Source: Azolla caroliniana (lineage: Eukaryota; Plantae; Polypodiophyta). From it: a DNA stretch of 64,000 nt. Where the stretch lies: positions 18,910,001 to 18,974,000 of the forward strand of contig JBHGNT010000016.1 in the NCBI GenBank assembly GCA_043228905.1. Reading direction: 5' to 3'. A program made the position numbers and the translations under genes. Positions 23,701 through 34,200 of this stretch are shown piece by piece. The notes under the pieces were generated by a model, which was not told where the DNA came from, did not search any database, and was given only the letters and a program-made list of their open reading frames with translations. Positions within the stretch are counted from its first letter, which is position 1, and every line of letters starts with the position of its first letter.

Positions 23701-24247
23701 AAGTGAAGTGATGTCCAATCTTCTCTATTGGTCGAAGCATAGGCTCAGTTGCTGCTGCCTCCATCTTCTCTTCACTACCAATAGGTAATGGTATTGCAGC
23801 AGGTTTGACCTTTTTATCTATTGTTTTGTATTTTGTATTACATAAACTTTCTACTTCTTCATATTTACAATTATACCTATCAATCTCATAATACATATCA
23901 ATTGAGTTTACATGTATCTTTCTAACATTCTCATCATCTTCTTTCAAATACATTTCTAACTCTTCTAAAGTATTTGCAAAAGAAATTTCTTCCATAACAC
24001 TTTCAATCTGCTCTTCCATTTCAAGTACTCCATTATCCTTCAATGCCTGCTGAAACAGATTAGCATTCTTTTTCAAGTTCCTCTTGCATTCATACATCCT
24101 AGTCACACATATAGCACCACTTTCAGAAACATGAAATGACTTATTCATATGTTGTAATGCCCTATATGAGGGTCTTTTAATAATGGGACTATTGCAACCC
24201 TCACTCGCAACAGTCCTAGTCAAAAACCTGATTATCAAAATCATCAC
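20765..24247 (-). CDS. pol: Gypsy F Pol (RT, RNase H, integrase)
   Basis: KKDGSLRFIQDLQPVN, DLYSGYDQ, LPQGATNS, PFLDD, VDTSPIGIG, HHCC zinc finger, NGKIERGH, WFGPY; no chromodomain apparent. Confidence 0.95.
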   Translation of the reverse strand: MMILIIRFLTRTVASEGCNSPIIKRPSYRALQHMNKSFHVSESGAICVTRMYECKRNLKKNANLFQQALKDNGVLEMEEQIESVMEEISFANTLEELEMYLKEDDENVRKIHVNSIDMYYEIDRYNCKYEEVESLCNTKYKTIDKKVKPAAIPLPIGSEEKMEAAATEPMLRPIEKIGHHFTSETINNLRIGRGEFLLQSEIATFKEMIFRHGKAFAFKAEEIGCVNPKMVTPMVIFTIPHIPWNFKPIAVPRARLPQLLELLKDKVKMKILEPSNAPYSNRWFTVPKKDGSLRFIQDLQPVNKVTIRNAGIGPIVDEFAEAFAGRAIYSVGDLYSGYDQFQLAIDSRNITTMKTPIGLVRMCTLPQGATNSVAHMMNAMNKVLHEYIPKVTMPFLDDIPIKGCLEREKDETMVGNGCRKFVMDHINDCESILNKLEQVHLTLSGTKSCFGQNEVLIVGHMCGWYGRKPSPIKINAIQNMKEVCDSVTEVRRFLGACVFYHIWLPHFAHVSDPLYQLLRKGKKFIWTDEHTQVVQQLKEALLKAPILRQPDYKGERPIIVTVDTSPIGIGWVINQEDEDQHRYAIRFGAKILNERQRNYAQVKRELWALLTALKTDRDYLIGADVVVETDCLPLIGMIASCTTPDIAMLRWIAYIRTINPELRHIKGKDNPVADMLSRARFINEKVMQTEYKNWATTSHQFAHQESITPHDEFNVSIMFKDTEYEGQWFEIGNFLKTQEANPSWSKKQLNEFRRRAFKFFLHEGHLWRRPKRPTENPLRVICKDDIKRKLINEFHDSLWAGHRGIWATFMKLKEKYWWPHMYKDVTKFVEICEVCQRYSTIRYRDELKPTYSSSMHYKWMVDLVTMPLGEGQMRYLVLAREDLTNQVEGRPLRQKTTRAVCKFLLEDVICRYGCVGKIIADRGELDSDEAREFFSRIGVKLSLTTAYNPEANGKIERGHSPIVKAIVKSCKGKIRDWPRMLPYALWADRTTHSSVTGYMPAELILGQKPIMPIEESIMSWISIPWREEVSREELLALRIQQLERRPEDIEIAAQRLKEARLKNKIRFDKSHRIRPKKIEEGDWVLVYDSSLDNQHSTVRKFAERWFGPYIVRKVYDNFTYKLSELDGTLILNVVAGKRIKVFKKRFELEPPPIDQHEDER

Positions 24248-26390
24248 AGTCTTTTGGTATTAAATGATCACGAAGCTCTTGCTTGTTCCTCTCATGATTT
24301 GGGCGAACTGTCATAAATTGTACAGTTCGTCGTCCATCTTGGCTACGGATTTTCGCATAGGCAGAACCATTGTCGAGGACTTTGGTCTCCATTCGTACCG
24401 CTGTAATGTATGGTTGCCCTAGGATTATTGGATAGGTAGATCCTTCCTGCACAAAGAAATGTTGATCTACCTCTATATCACCAATAGTAACCTTTACATT
24501 TGGGCATGCACCAAATAAATCTTCCGTGACTGATGTGGCAGCTTTTACTCGCCAACCATGTTGAGTATCAATTGGCCATCTACCTTTCCTGTAAAAATCA
24601 GCACTCATTATATTTATTTCAGAACCATGATCAATAAGTGCCATCACGGGGTCTGGAACATTTCCAATCTTCACATGATGCTCAGTAGTGGCTCTTGCCC
24701 AACATTTGAGAGAGTAATGGCTTCTTACATCTGTTGAATTTATCATTGAGGTTGATGCATGTTGAGAGTCAACAACAATATTGTTTGACTCGTTGCTCAC
24801 CACTTCATATGCCACCTTCGGATTTGTCTCTTTAACCTGCTCATTTACTTGCTTCTTTCTTCGCACAATATCAATTATTTCATCATGAAATTCCTTTTTT
24901 GCAATACCTAACACTTCTCTTAGTGTAAATTCTACTCGACTGTCTAGTATTCTTGTTTCTAAAACTTTCTTTAAATCTGTATCCTTTTCAATATCAGACA
25001 TTAATTTGAATGAAGGACCAGATTTACCTTTTTCAACTTTTGCGTCCATCTCTTTTCTTTTGCTTTCTCTTGTTTCATGCTTTTTGGTTGAGCCAATCTC
25101 ATCATCCGATCTTTTCCTTTTTTCTTCCACTATCACCTCATGCTCTTGGTGTTCTGCCATCTGAGCATAGACCGTCATAGCATCTACTGGAACATCCCAT
25201 CCAGTGTTTTTCCTTACAGAATCTCCGGCAACACGAAGGTCTTCCATCTTCATCTTTTGCTTTTGTGCGGTACTTACAACCTTCTCCCAGAATGATGATC
25301 GGGATGGCATGTCATCGAGGCGCATTCCTGCCGTTGCCGAGTAATACATTGCGGAAGCCTTCTTTGCTTCAGCTTCTTCAAATTTAACCTTAACACCACC
25401 ATCACCAAAGTTCTTTGTAAGCGGAGTTCTAGTTTCAGTTAAGTAAATGTTACCATTTTTCCAATAGACCAAGTCCCGATTTTCCATGTCTTTATATTCT
25501 TCACAATCACGTAGACGATGTTCGAGACTATCACACCACATGCATCGAGGTCGAAATGGTTCCCTTGACCTCGAAGTCTGACCATTCTCAAGTTTTGCCA
25601 CTTTAATTGTTAGATCTTTCATACTTTGAACTAAATCATCAAGCAAAGACTCACTCTTAGTTTCGATCATTTCTCGTGGTTGATGGACCATTTCGTGTGA
25701 TGGTTCTCGACCAAGTCTTTGAACTTTGATGTTTTGCTCAAGCCGATTTGTGATTCCCACATGTGGTATTTGTAGCATTGCACCATTCCTTTGCATTCTT
25801 TTCATAAATTTATTACAAGCATTTGTTACCTCATTCCAATCTGCAGTTATACCATCCTCGGTATTTGGTACTTCAAGCATGAATTCCAATTCTTTTCTAT
25901 ATCTCTTGTCAACTGCCTGCAAAAATAAAGCAACCTTTTGCCAAGACAAAGAATTTCTTTCTTCTGGCTTTAAGTGTCCATACATCCTATCAAACTCTTT
26001 TTTTATGTCAGCCACAGATAACCCTTTATCTTCTTTTAAGATCCATTCATGAAATGAACGCATAGTAACTCGAGAGAAATCCTCATGAGCATATTCAGAC
26101 ACAAGTGCTTCTTTGAATGCATTCCAATCCAAACTATGCAATGCTTGTATTTCACGAATTCTATCTCTTAATTCCATTTCTACTAATTTATAAAAGTTTG
26201 CTATCATATTGACATCATTCACACCAAACATTTCCATTTCATCATAATATATATTGACATACTTTGAGATATTTGTGCCATCAAACACACCAATCTTCTC
26301 TCGGACTTCTCGTAAGGCATGAAATAATTGATCCTGATTCAATTTTTCAATAAATAACCTTACCGGATCCATTGTACTTGTACTTGCCAT
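24216..26390 (-). CDS. gag: Gypsy F Gag-protease
   Basis: 724-aa ORF downstream of the PBS; CMWCDSLEHRLRDC (CX2CX4HX4C) knuckle; ALIDHGSEINIM and IILGQPY aspartic-protease motifs. Confidence 0.92.
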   Translation of the reverse strand: MASTSTMDPVRLFIEKLNQDQLFHALREVREKIGVFDGTNISKYVNIYYDEMEMFGVNDVNMIANFYKLVEMELRDRIREIQALHSLDWNAFKEALVSEYAHEDFSRVTMRSFHEWILKEDKGLSVADIKKEFDRMYGHLKPEERNSLSWQKVALFLQAVDKRYRKELEFMLEVPNTEDGITADWNEVTNACNKFMKRMQRNGAMLQIPHVGITNRLEQNIKVQRLGREPSHEMVHQPREMIETKSESLLDDLVQSMKDLTIKVAKLENGQTSRSREPFRPRCMWCDSLEHRLRDCEEYKDMENRDLVYWKNGNIYLTETRTPLTKNFGDGGVKVKFEEAEAKKASAMYYSATAGMRLDDMPSRSSFWEKVVSTAQKQKMKMEDLRVAGDSVRKNTGWDVPVDAMTVYAQMAEHQEHEVIVEEKRKRSDDEIGSTKKHETRESKRKEMDAKVEKGKSGPSFKLMSDIEKDTDLKKVLETRILDSRVEFTLREVLGIAKKEFHDEIIDIVRRKKQVNEQVKETNPKVAYEVVSNESNNIVVDSQHASTSMINSTDVRSHYSLKCWARATTEHHVKIGNVPDPVMALIDHGSEINIMSADFYRKGRWPIDTQHGWRVKAATSVTEDLFGACPNVKVTIGDIEVDQHFFVQEGSTYPIILGQPYITAVRMETKVLDNGSAYAKIRSQDGRRTVQFMTVRPNHERNKQELRDHLIPKDCDDFDNQVFD

Positions 26391-26434
26391 ATTGATGTTG
26401 ATCTTTACTTTTGATGTCTCTTCTACTTCCCCGT

Positions 26435-26452
26435 TTCACGTCGGGTTCACCA
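26435..26452 (-). promoter_or_regulatory. Primer-binding site, tRNA-Trp
   Basis: Plus strand TTCACGTCGGGTTCACCA matches the 3' end of plant cytosolic tRNA-Trp(CCA) as recalled; same 18-mer at 35178-35195. Confidence 0.85.
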
Positions 26453-27556
26453 AATTGTGTCGTGGCGTGGCTCGCCTAGAAGCGTAGCGTTGCGTAGACA
26501 AAAGATATCGTGAAAGTGAGGAAGGAATCACTGGGATTATGGACGGAAGAGACGAAAGAGTAGAGATAGATAAATAGTGATCAACAAGATATGACAAGAT
26601 AGGATATAGAATGATATTTGAAGCAATAAAAGAGATTTATAATTATTTGATGAAAGAGTTACAAAAGTGGTTGTTCACGTCGTTGAACCTCCGAACTTTG
26701 TCTTGCAAGGTAATCGCTCTTCTCTTTCTTGATCGTAGACCACTACAATCTTCACTTCAATATTTTGATGAAGATAAGGCTCGAACCGCCTCCCTCTTGT
26801 TGAGAGTTGACCACCACGACCGCCAAGCTAGAGCTCCACCTTTCTCTTGAACTTCTTCCTTTCTTTCTCTATTTTATGGTATCTCTTATGTAATACATAA
26901 TTTGATTGATATCTCATACATATCTCCCCTTTGATCTTCTCTTTCACCATTTAAATAGGTGCCCCCATGCATATGATGCATTGGAGGGTACAAATCATGC
27001 ATGTAGTGCATGAAATGCATGTGATGCATGATCGCCATTTGGCGTTCATGCATTACCTGTGATGCATGATAAACATCTCGCTCATTTGAGCTTTTATGTA
27101 TGAAACAATATATGCAATAACAATAAACATGAAAACATAATCTTAAAGAGAAAGGGCCTATCCTAATGGTAGGTGTGTCAACTTTGGTGTATGAGGTTGT
27201 GGGTTCGAGTCTCAAAATGCTATTGAATACAACATACAACTTTATTTTTATATCATGAAGCAAATCCTTTATGTAAATATAAAGTATATATAAAGTATGC
27301 TTTATTTTATGTATATTACTAGTATAGAGTAAATGGTAAGATTTGAGAGTCATAGGGTGGGGTTATTGGTTCAAGTCCTCTCTTGTTCGTGTAATATAAT
27401 ATATTTATCTATATATATATATATTATTTTTCTTTACATATATATAATATTATCATATGTGTTGTTAATATTATATAAAACATTATCAAATGTTATTTTA
27501 GTTACGTATTTATCTTATTGTAGACTTTTAATGTGAAGCTTTCGTACTTCACGACA

Positions 27557-28788
27557 ACGCCTTTCTACAAGGCGAATTAGAAGAGGAGGTGTACATGATC
27601 CAACCACCTGGCTTCAACTCGAGCACCCATCCGAAAGCGGTTTGTCGACTCAAGAAGCCACTCTATGGCCTCAAGCAAGCACCGTGTGCTTGGCATTCGA
27701 AGATAACGCAATATCTTCATCAAATCGGCTTCCGTATGTCAAAATCGGACAACTCCCTCTACATACGAAGCGATTCCGCAAGTCCGACCGTTATCATCTT
27801 ATATGTTGATGACCTAGTCATTGGAGGTGAGCATCTCGTTGAAATCAATAAGGTCAAATCCCTCCTGTCCGACAAGTTCGAGATGACAGACATGAAGGAA
27901 CTCCACTACTTCCTCGGCATTGAGGTAATTCGAACTCCGGCCGGAATCATGATCTCTCAACGACACTACATCCTCAACTTGTTATACAAGTTCGGGATGG
28001 CTGAGTGCAAATCCGTGGCAACCCCGCTTGAGCTTAATCTCAAACTAGATGCGAACTCCGGCACCAAAGCGTGTGAGACGACTCAGTATCGGCAACTCAT
28101 CGGGAGTCTCATCTACCTCACGATCACACGACCCGATCTCAATTATCCGGTTGGTCTCCTTAGCCAATTCATGCAAACACCGTGTGATACTCACTTGGAT
28201 TGCGCTAAGCGAGTTCTACGCTACGTGAGCGGCACAATGGATTGCGGCATCCTCTACAAGACTGCGATGCCAATACGACTCAAGGGGTACACAAACGCCG
28301 ATTGGGCCGACTACAAAGCTGATAGAAGATCAACCTCTGGATTTGTTTTCTCCCTTGGCAGCGTAGCAATATCCTGGAGTAGCAAGAAGCAGCCTACCAT
28401 CGCTCTTTCGAGTACGGAGGCGGAATATAGGGGCACAGTCGTAGCTGCATGTGAAGCCATATGGTTCAAGAGGATTTTGAAGGATCTGGGCGTACCCATC
28501 AAGGATCCTACTTCCCTTTACTGCGACAACATGAGCAGTATCTATCTGGCTCGGAACCCGGTGTTCCACGCGCCGACAAAGCACATCGAAGTGCACTATC
28601 ACTTCATCCGAGAGCGCGTTCTGGCTGGCGATGTCGACCTACAGCACATTAGCACCAATCTTCAAACGTTCGACATCTTCACTAAAGCCTTAGGAGCCGA
28701 CAAGCTATGGCAATTCATGACCGATCTCGGATTGACGATCCCTGACCTGCCAAGCTTGAGGGGGAGTAATGAAGACACTACGCAATAA
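27557..28788 (+). pseudogene. A1 RT C-terminus and RNase H
   Basis: Resumes (N)AFLQGELEEEVYMIQPPGF, LYVDDLVI, WSSKKQPTIALSSTEAEY, TKHIEVHYHFIRE, ends SLRGS. Confidence 0.93.
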
Positions 28789-29307
28789 CGCGTGGATTCC
28801 GCAACCACGCAACGAAGCAGCAAAGAACCGATCTACCGCGCAAAGCCGCGAAGAACTACGCACGCAAGCAAAAGCACAGACTTCGCACAACGCAAGCTGG
28901 AGCACGGATTCCGCAACTCCGCATAAAGCGAGCCGACGCGAGTCGACGCGGTCTTCGGAACGCGAGTTGAAGCAGATTTTGGATACCGTATGAAACCGAC
29001 CCGACTTGAGCTTGAGGGGGCGTGTTGAGAATCAAGCTCAACTTGGTCTAGTGTGTGAACTCACCTTGAGAGTGAAGAGACACTCCAACGGTCAAGACTC
29101 ACCATTATGTCACCACTTTGTATTCTAGCATTTAGTATGAGTCATAGAATTATATTCTATGACACATAACTTATGAGCTTTCACATTCCCCATGCTCCAT
29201 GAGACTTGTAGTTAATGAAGAGAGAGGGTGACTACATAAAGCACCCTCCTCCCACCTTGTATAATGTTGAATCTTTCTCCTTTGTTAATATACTTTTAAC
29301 CTTGCGT

Positions 29308-29366
<59 letters not shown>

Positions 29367-31145
29367 GTTCACACCTATTCCGCTTCACAAGAATCCATCT
29401 CTTGGTTCTTTACACGTCCATCATATTGTATTGCTAATTGCCCCCAAGAATCATATTTGATGGGTTGATCCATGTAGAGTGAGTCAAACCTTGTTTGACA
29501 AAAGTAATGATTCAAGAACTTGACATCTTTTCACGATATAGGTTTTCATAAACAATCATTCTATGTTGGAATTTTCGTCTTGGTTTGGCTTTGCTTTGGT
29601 ATAAACTCTATCATAATTCTAAGCAAATAAGCTAAATCTTTTAGTGGGAGTTTCACTCACGAACAGAAAGTGTGTGGTTGATTGACATGGATCATCACCA
29701 TCTAGCAATTAGAATTGGCACCTATATTAACCTCTAGTACTTCACATGAAGACTTGTAGAATATTACAAATTGAGCCTCTCTTTCCTCCAAGTCTAGCAT
29801 TAAAGGCATATGCAAGCCATGGCCCGAACTTAGATCCTATGAATTTAGGAGTGTGGCTGTTCTACAAATGACCTATGTTTTCTATAGGTTCTTTCTAATG
29901 GTATATGCCAACTTTTTAAATTGTGTTTAATCTTACTCGAGCATTGTCCATATGTTCAGATGAGCAATGACTCTTAATAGTGTAAAGAATCGGGTATGAT
30001 TCTTGTGTAGCGGAAGAGATGTGTGTTATGTGTATGTGTGAGAGGAAAGAGAGAAGAGAAGAGAAATACAAGATAGATTAGAAAAAGGAATACTCAAGAA
30101 GGTGTATATTCACAAGTAGAATAGCAAATACAAAATGTAGCATTACAAGGAGTCATAACTGACTTGGTATGAAGTATGAGGAGGGTGCTTTATATATAGT
30201 CACCCTCTCTCTTCATTAACTAACTACAACAACCACTCTCTCTTGGGGATTGTGAAGACACATAGTCATGGGGAATATGTAACTCATTAGTTATGTATCA
30301 TGGAATATGATTCTATGATGCATAGTTAATGTATAGAGAGTAGTGGTGTGACTCTTGACCTTTAAGTAATCATAGATTCTCAAAAGGTGTGTTCACACGT
30401 TGCACTATGTTGAGCTTGATTCTCAACACGCCCCCTCAAGCTCAACTCGGGTTGGTTCCTTTCGATTGATGTCCGCTTCGGTTGGTATCCGATTCAGACA
30501 ATCTCCGGTGTTCGCTTCGGCTCGTACCCAGTTCCGACGGTATCCGGTTCTCGCTAGTACTCCCCCTCAAGCTTGGCAAGTCAGGGATCCTCAATCCAAC
30601 GTCTAACATGAATTGCCAAAGCTTGTCGGCTCCTAGGGCCTTGGTGAAGATGTCGGTTGTCTGAAGATTCGTGTTGATGTGGAGAAGATCGACATCTCCG
30701 ACCTGAACACGCTCTCGAATGAAATGGTAGTGCACTTTGATATGCTTTGTGCGTGCGTAGAACACTGGGTTCCGAGCCAGATATATACTACTCATGTTGT
30801 CGTAGTAAATGGGAGTCAGATCCTTGATGGGAACGCCCAGATCCTTCAAACTCCTCTTGAGCCATACGGCTTCACATGCAGCTATGGTTGCGCCCCTGTA
30901 TTCGGCCTCTGTACTTGAAAGTGCGATGGTAGGCTACTTCTTACTACTCCAAGATATTGCTCCGCTACTGAGTGAGAAGAAAAATCCAGAGGTCGATCGT
31001 CGATCAATTTTGTAGGCGGCCCAGTCGGCATCCTGTACCCTTTGAGTTGAATTGGTGTGGTCGATGCGTAGAGCATGTCATAATCCATTGTGCCGCTCAC
31101 ATATCGTACTACCTGCTTAGCATAATCGAAATAGATATCTCGCGC

Positions 31146-31255
31146 GGTCGCGTTGTTACGCACGTGCGTGCAGAAAGGGCGGGTCCACGGGGGTCTCGAA
31201 CTGGAGAAGAAGGGGAGCCGAGAAGACAATTCCGGTCGCGTTCCAGAGGCAACCG

Positions 31256-31296
<41 letters not shown>

Positions 31297-34200
31297 GGAG
31301 AGTGTGCGCGCGACACTGACTCCTTTGCACAGGAAGCAAAGGGGTTGTGCTTCCGACACCACCAAGTACACCGATATGCATAAACAAACGCAAATGTGTA
31401 TATTACAGGGGAAATAATACAAATCCGGCTTCGAGCCGGACCAAGGTAGGTTACAGCCGCAGTCGGTTGCCAAGCCGTCGGTCGGGGAGCTCACGGGTTG
31501 TCGCACCGAGCGGGGTCTTGCATAGAACCGAGCAGAAGCAAACCTCAAACGGGGGGGGGGGGGGGGATACAACCACGGCCCGAGCCGGCTATGCACAGAA
31601 GACGAGAAACTAACCTAACAGCTTGCCATCATAGGTATTGCTCGACTCCTCGAGAAGGAGCAGAAAAGAAACGAAGAAGAAAGGAAAGAATGTCGCTAAC
31701 CCTAGAAAGAAACACAAAACAGTATACCTTTACGACTCAAAATGGGCAACCCCTTCACAAGAGGCACTCCCTTCCTTTTATAGAACAAGGAGGGAGATGC
31801 GTTACAATGTGGGATAAATCCCTTATTACATGGGACCCTCTGTCCCGACTTAACACCTATTATTACAAGGGTAAGTACACATGGTGCACACCGCCGATTC
31901 TCACGATATTCTTCGATTCCGCCTAGGGACGGTTTTCTCCACGACATCCGCCCCCACCTAACCGCGCATCCACCGGCATGCACCAACATAGACCCTTGTC
32001 GGAGAAGACCGGCCCGTGCTTACCCTTCGTCCTCCGGATCGCCATTCGCTTCAAACCGGTCGTCCTCACTATCCAAGTCGCTCGGGTCCGGTTCATCCTC
32101 CTGCGCTTGCCTCCTCGTAGGCTCGTTCGACCCGTCGATAGGTCAATTGTCGCGATTCCGTAATACGCGTACTTCGTTGTTGGTCCCCCCACTTGGCCGA
32201 ATGCACGCTCCGCTATCCGCCGCAAGTCCGGGTCCTCTGCTTGAGGAGCGCCCGTAACGGCCCACTTGGCGTCAGTCCGTTGCCGCGTTGTCTTGGTCGT
32301 TGTTATCGTTTGTCACTCTCGGTCTCACACGGGCTCTCGGGCCGGATGCCGGAGTCTCCAGAGTCGGTGCGTGCGAATTCCCGGCACCACCGCTTCCCTT
32401 TCGCCTGCGGGTGTCCTCTACGTCCGAGGAATACCCGTACTAGCCGTCTTGGCCCTCTTCCGTCTTGCGCCGTTGCCGCCGCCGGGTTGAAGCCTTTCGC
32501 TCACCGTCGTCCCCTCGCCCCCACCAACTTGTCATCTCGGGCTTGGCTTGCCACGCTGACTAAGCGGCCGAGATCTCCGAAGCGGGCGTGGAGGATCCTT
32601 CTCCGGCCTGTACATCTTCCCGGTTTCTAACCCGAGCAGTTCGTTACGCACCCCCCCTTTCGCGTTCCCGGCACCACCGCGTCTGTGCCGTCCTTTAGTC
32701 GTGCTCTGATTCGGCCCTCGATGGCCACTCGCACGATTCTTCTTCCGCTCTGGATGTGCCCTTCCCGGCTTGGCACACCGCCTGTACTTGCCCTTACCGG
32801 CTCCCTCGGAAACCGTAGCCGGCCGGTAGGGGGGGGTTTGCAATTAGACAGCTTCCGTCTTGCCGACTATTGTCGATGTTGGGTCTCGTTCCCTGCCGCC
32901 ACCATCCTTCTTTCTCGGTCTTACGTTGCCACGTTGGCCGAACAGCCAGAGTCTCCGGATCGGTGTGAAGATCCCATAGGACCGGTCTTCGTTTCGTTGC
33001 TTGCCGAAATTCGGGTGTCTTTCGTTTGAGTCCCTCCCAGACTCTCCTCGTGTCTCCCGCGTAGTCAGGTCCCGCTTCCCGCCGCCACCAGCCTTCTCTC
33101 ACGGTCTCACGTTGCCACGCTGGCCGAACTGCCGGAGTCTCCGATCTAGTGTGGGGATCCTGTAGGATCGGACTTCCTTATGCCCATGACCTTGCCGATA
33201 GGTCCGATTTAGTTCGTAGCCACTTCGCCGGCCTGATACCTTCTTGCTCTGCTTTCCGTCGTCCGATCACATTCACCTGCCGCCACCGTCCTTTCCTATA
33301 GGACTCACGCCGGCTCTCGGGCCGACTGCCGGATCGGTGTGAGGATCCTCGTGGGACCTCGGTTTGCCCGCCTTGCCGCCGCCACCGTTCTTCCCTCTAG
33401 GTCTCACGCCGGCTCTTGTTGCCGGCCGCCGGAGTCTCTAGAACCGGTGTGTGTAAGGTCGCTGCAGCACCGCTCGCCGTCTTCGCCGTCCTATCACGTT
33501 CACCTGCCGCCACCGATCTCTCCTATAGGACTCACGCCGGCTCTCAGGCCGACCGTCGTATCGGTGTGAGGATCTTTGTAGACCGCCCATCCGCAATTCT
33601 TTGCCTTAGTCCCCTCGCTGCCACCGATCGTCACTCTAGGTCTCACGCCGGTTCTCGGGCCGACCGCTGGAGTCTCTGGAACCGGTGTGAAGGATCCTCC
33701 TTGGGCTCGTTTTATCCCAGACCCTTATCCCGGGTCGTCTTCGTCCGCAAGTCAAAAGGGTGGCTTGCTCCACACCCTCTCCCGTGGTACCGACGTATTG
33801 ATCTTCCCGGCCTCTTCGTAGGCCTGCTCTCTCCCCTCTTCTGGATCGATTATCCGGAAGTCCGCTCCGCCTGGTTCTCATTTGGGCCCGCCTGTCATTC
33901 TCTGGATTTCCGGGTCCCATTCTCCTATCGCCACCAGTCTCTCCTATAGGACTCACGCCGGCACTCGGGCCGACAGCCGGATCGGTGTGAGGATCTACGT
34001 AGGACTGGTCTTCGTTCTTCTCTTCATCTTTTGTACTTCTCCCGAACTCATCGTCGCTCTCCTCGTTGTGCTCCTGCCTCCATCTTCCAACTCTTTCGGT
34101 CTCACGTTGCCACATCGGCTGAACTACCGAACTCTCTGGACAAGATGTGGGGTAACCGATTTCGCAACATCTTTCGACGACTCGTCCAGGGCCATCGACC

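Larger units (their letters stand above)
19626..27556 (-). mobile_element. Gypsy F: intact, very young LTR retrotransposon
   Basis: 1099-bp LTRs 19626-20724 and 26458-27556 (TGTCGTG...CACGACA; only one substitution seen), 4-bp TSD ACGC, tRNA-Trp PBS, PPT 20725-20736, two uninterrupted ORFs. Confidence 0.97.
16237..29414 (+). mobile_element. Copia A1 with both LTRs, interrupted by Gypsy F
   Basis: LTRs 16237-16612 and 29023-29414 (TG...CA, about 5 substitutions plus a CT/CA microsatellite length change), TSD CGTCC (16232-16236 and 29415-29419), PBS-iMet 16613-16624, PPT 29012-29022. Confidence 0.96.

Noticed and set aside
24201-24218. Stop-codon read-through as the route to Pol
   Set aside because: An in-frame UGA follows five codons after the UAG and pol is in another frame
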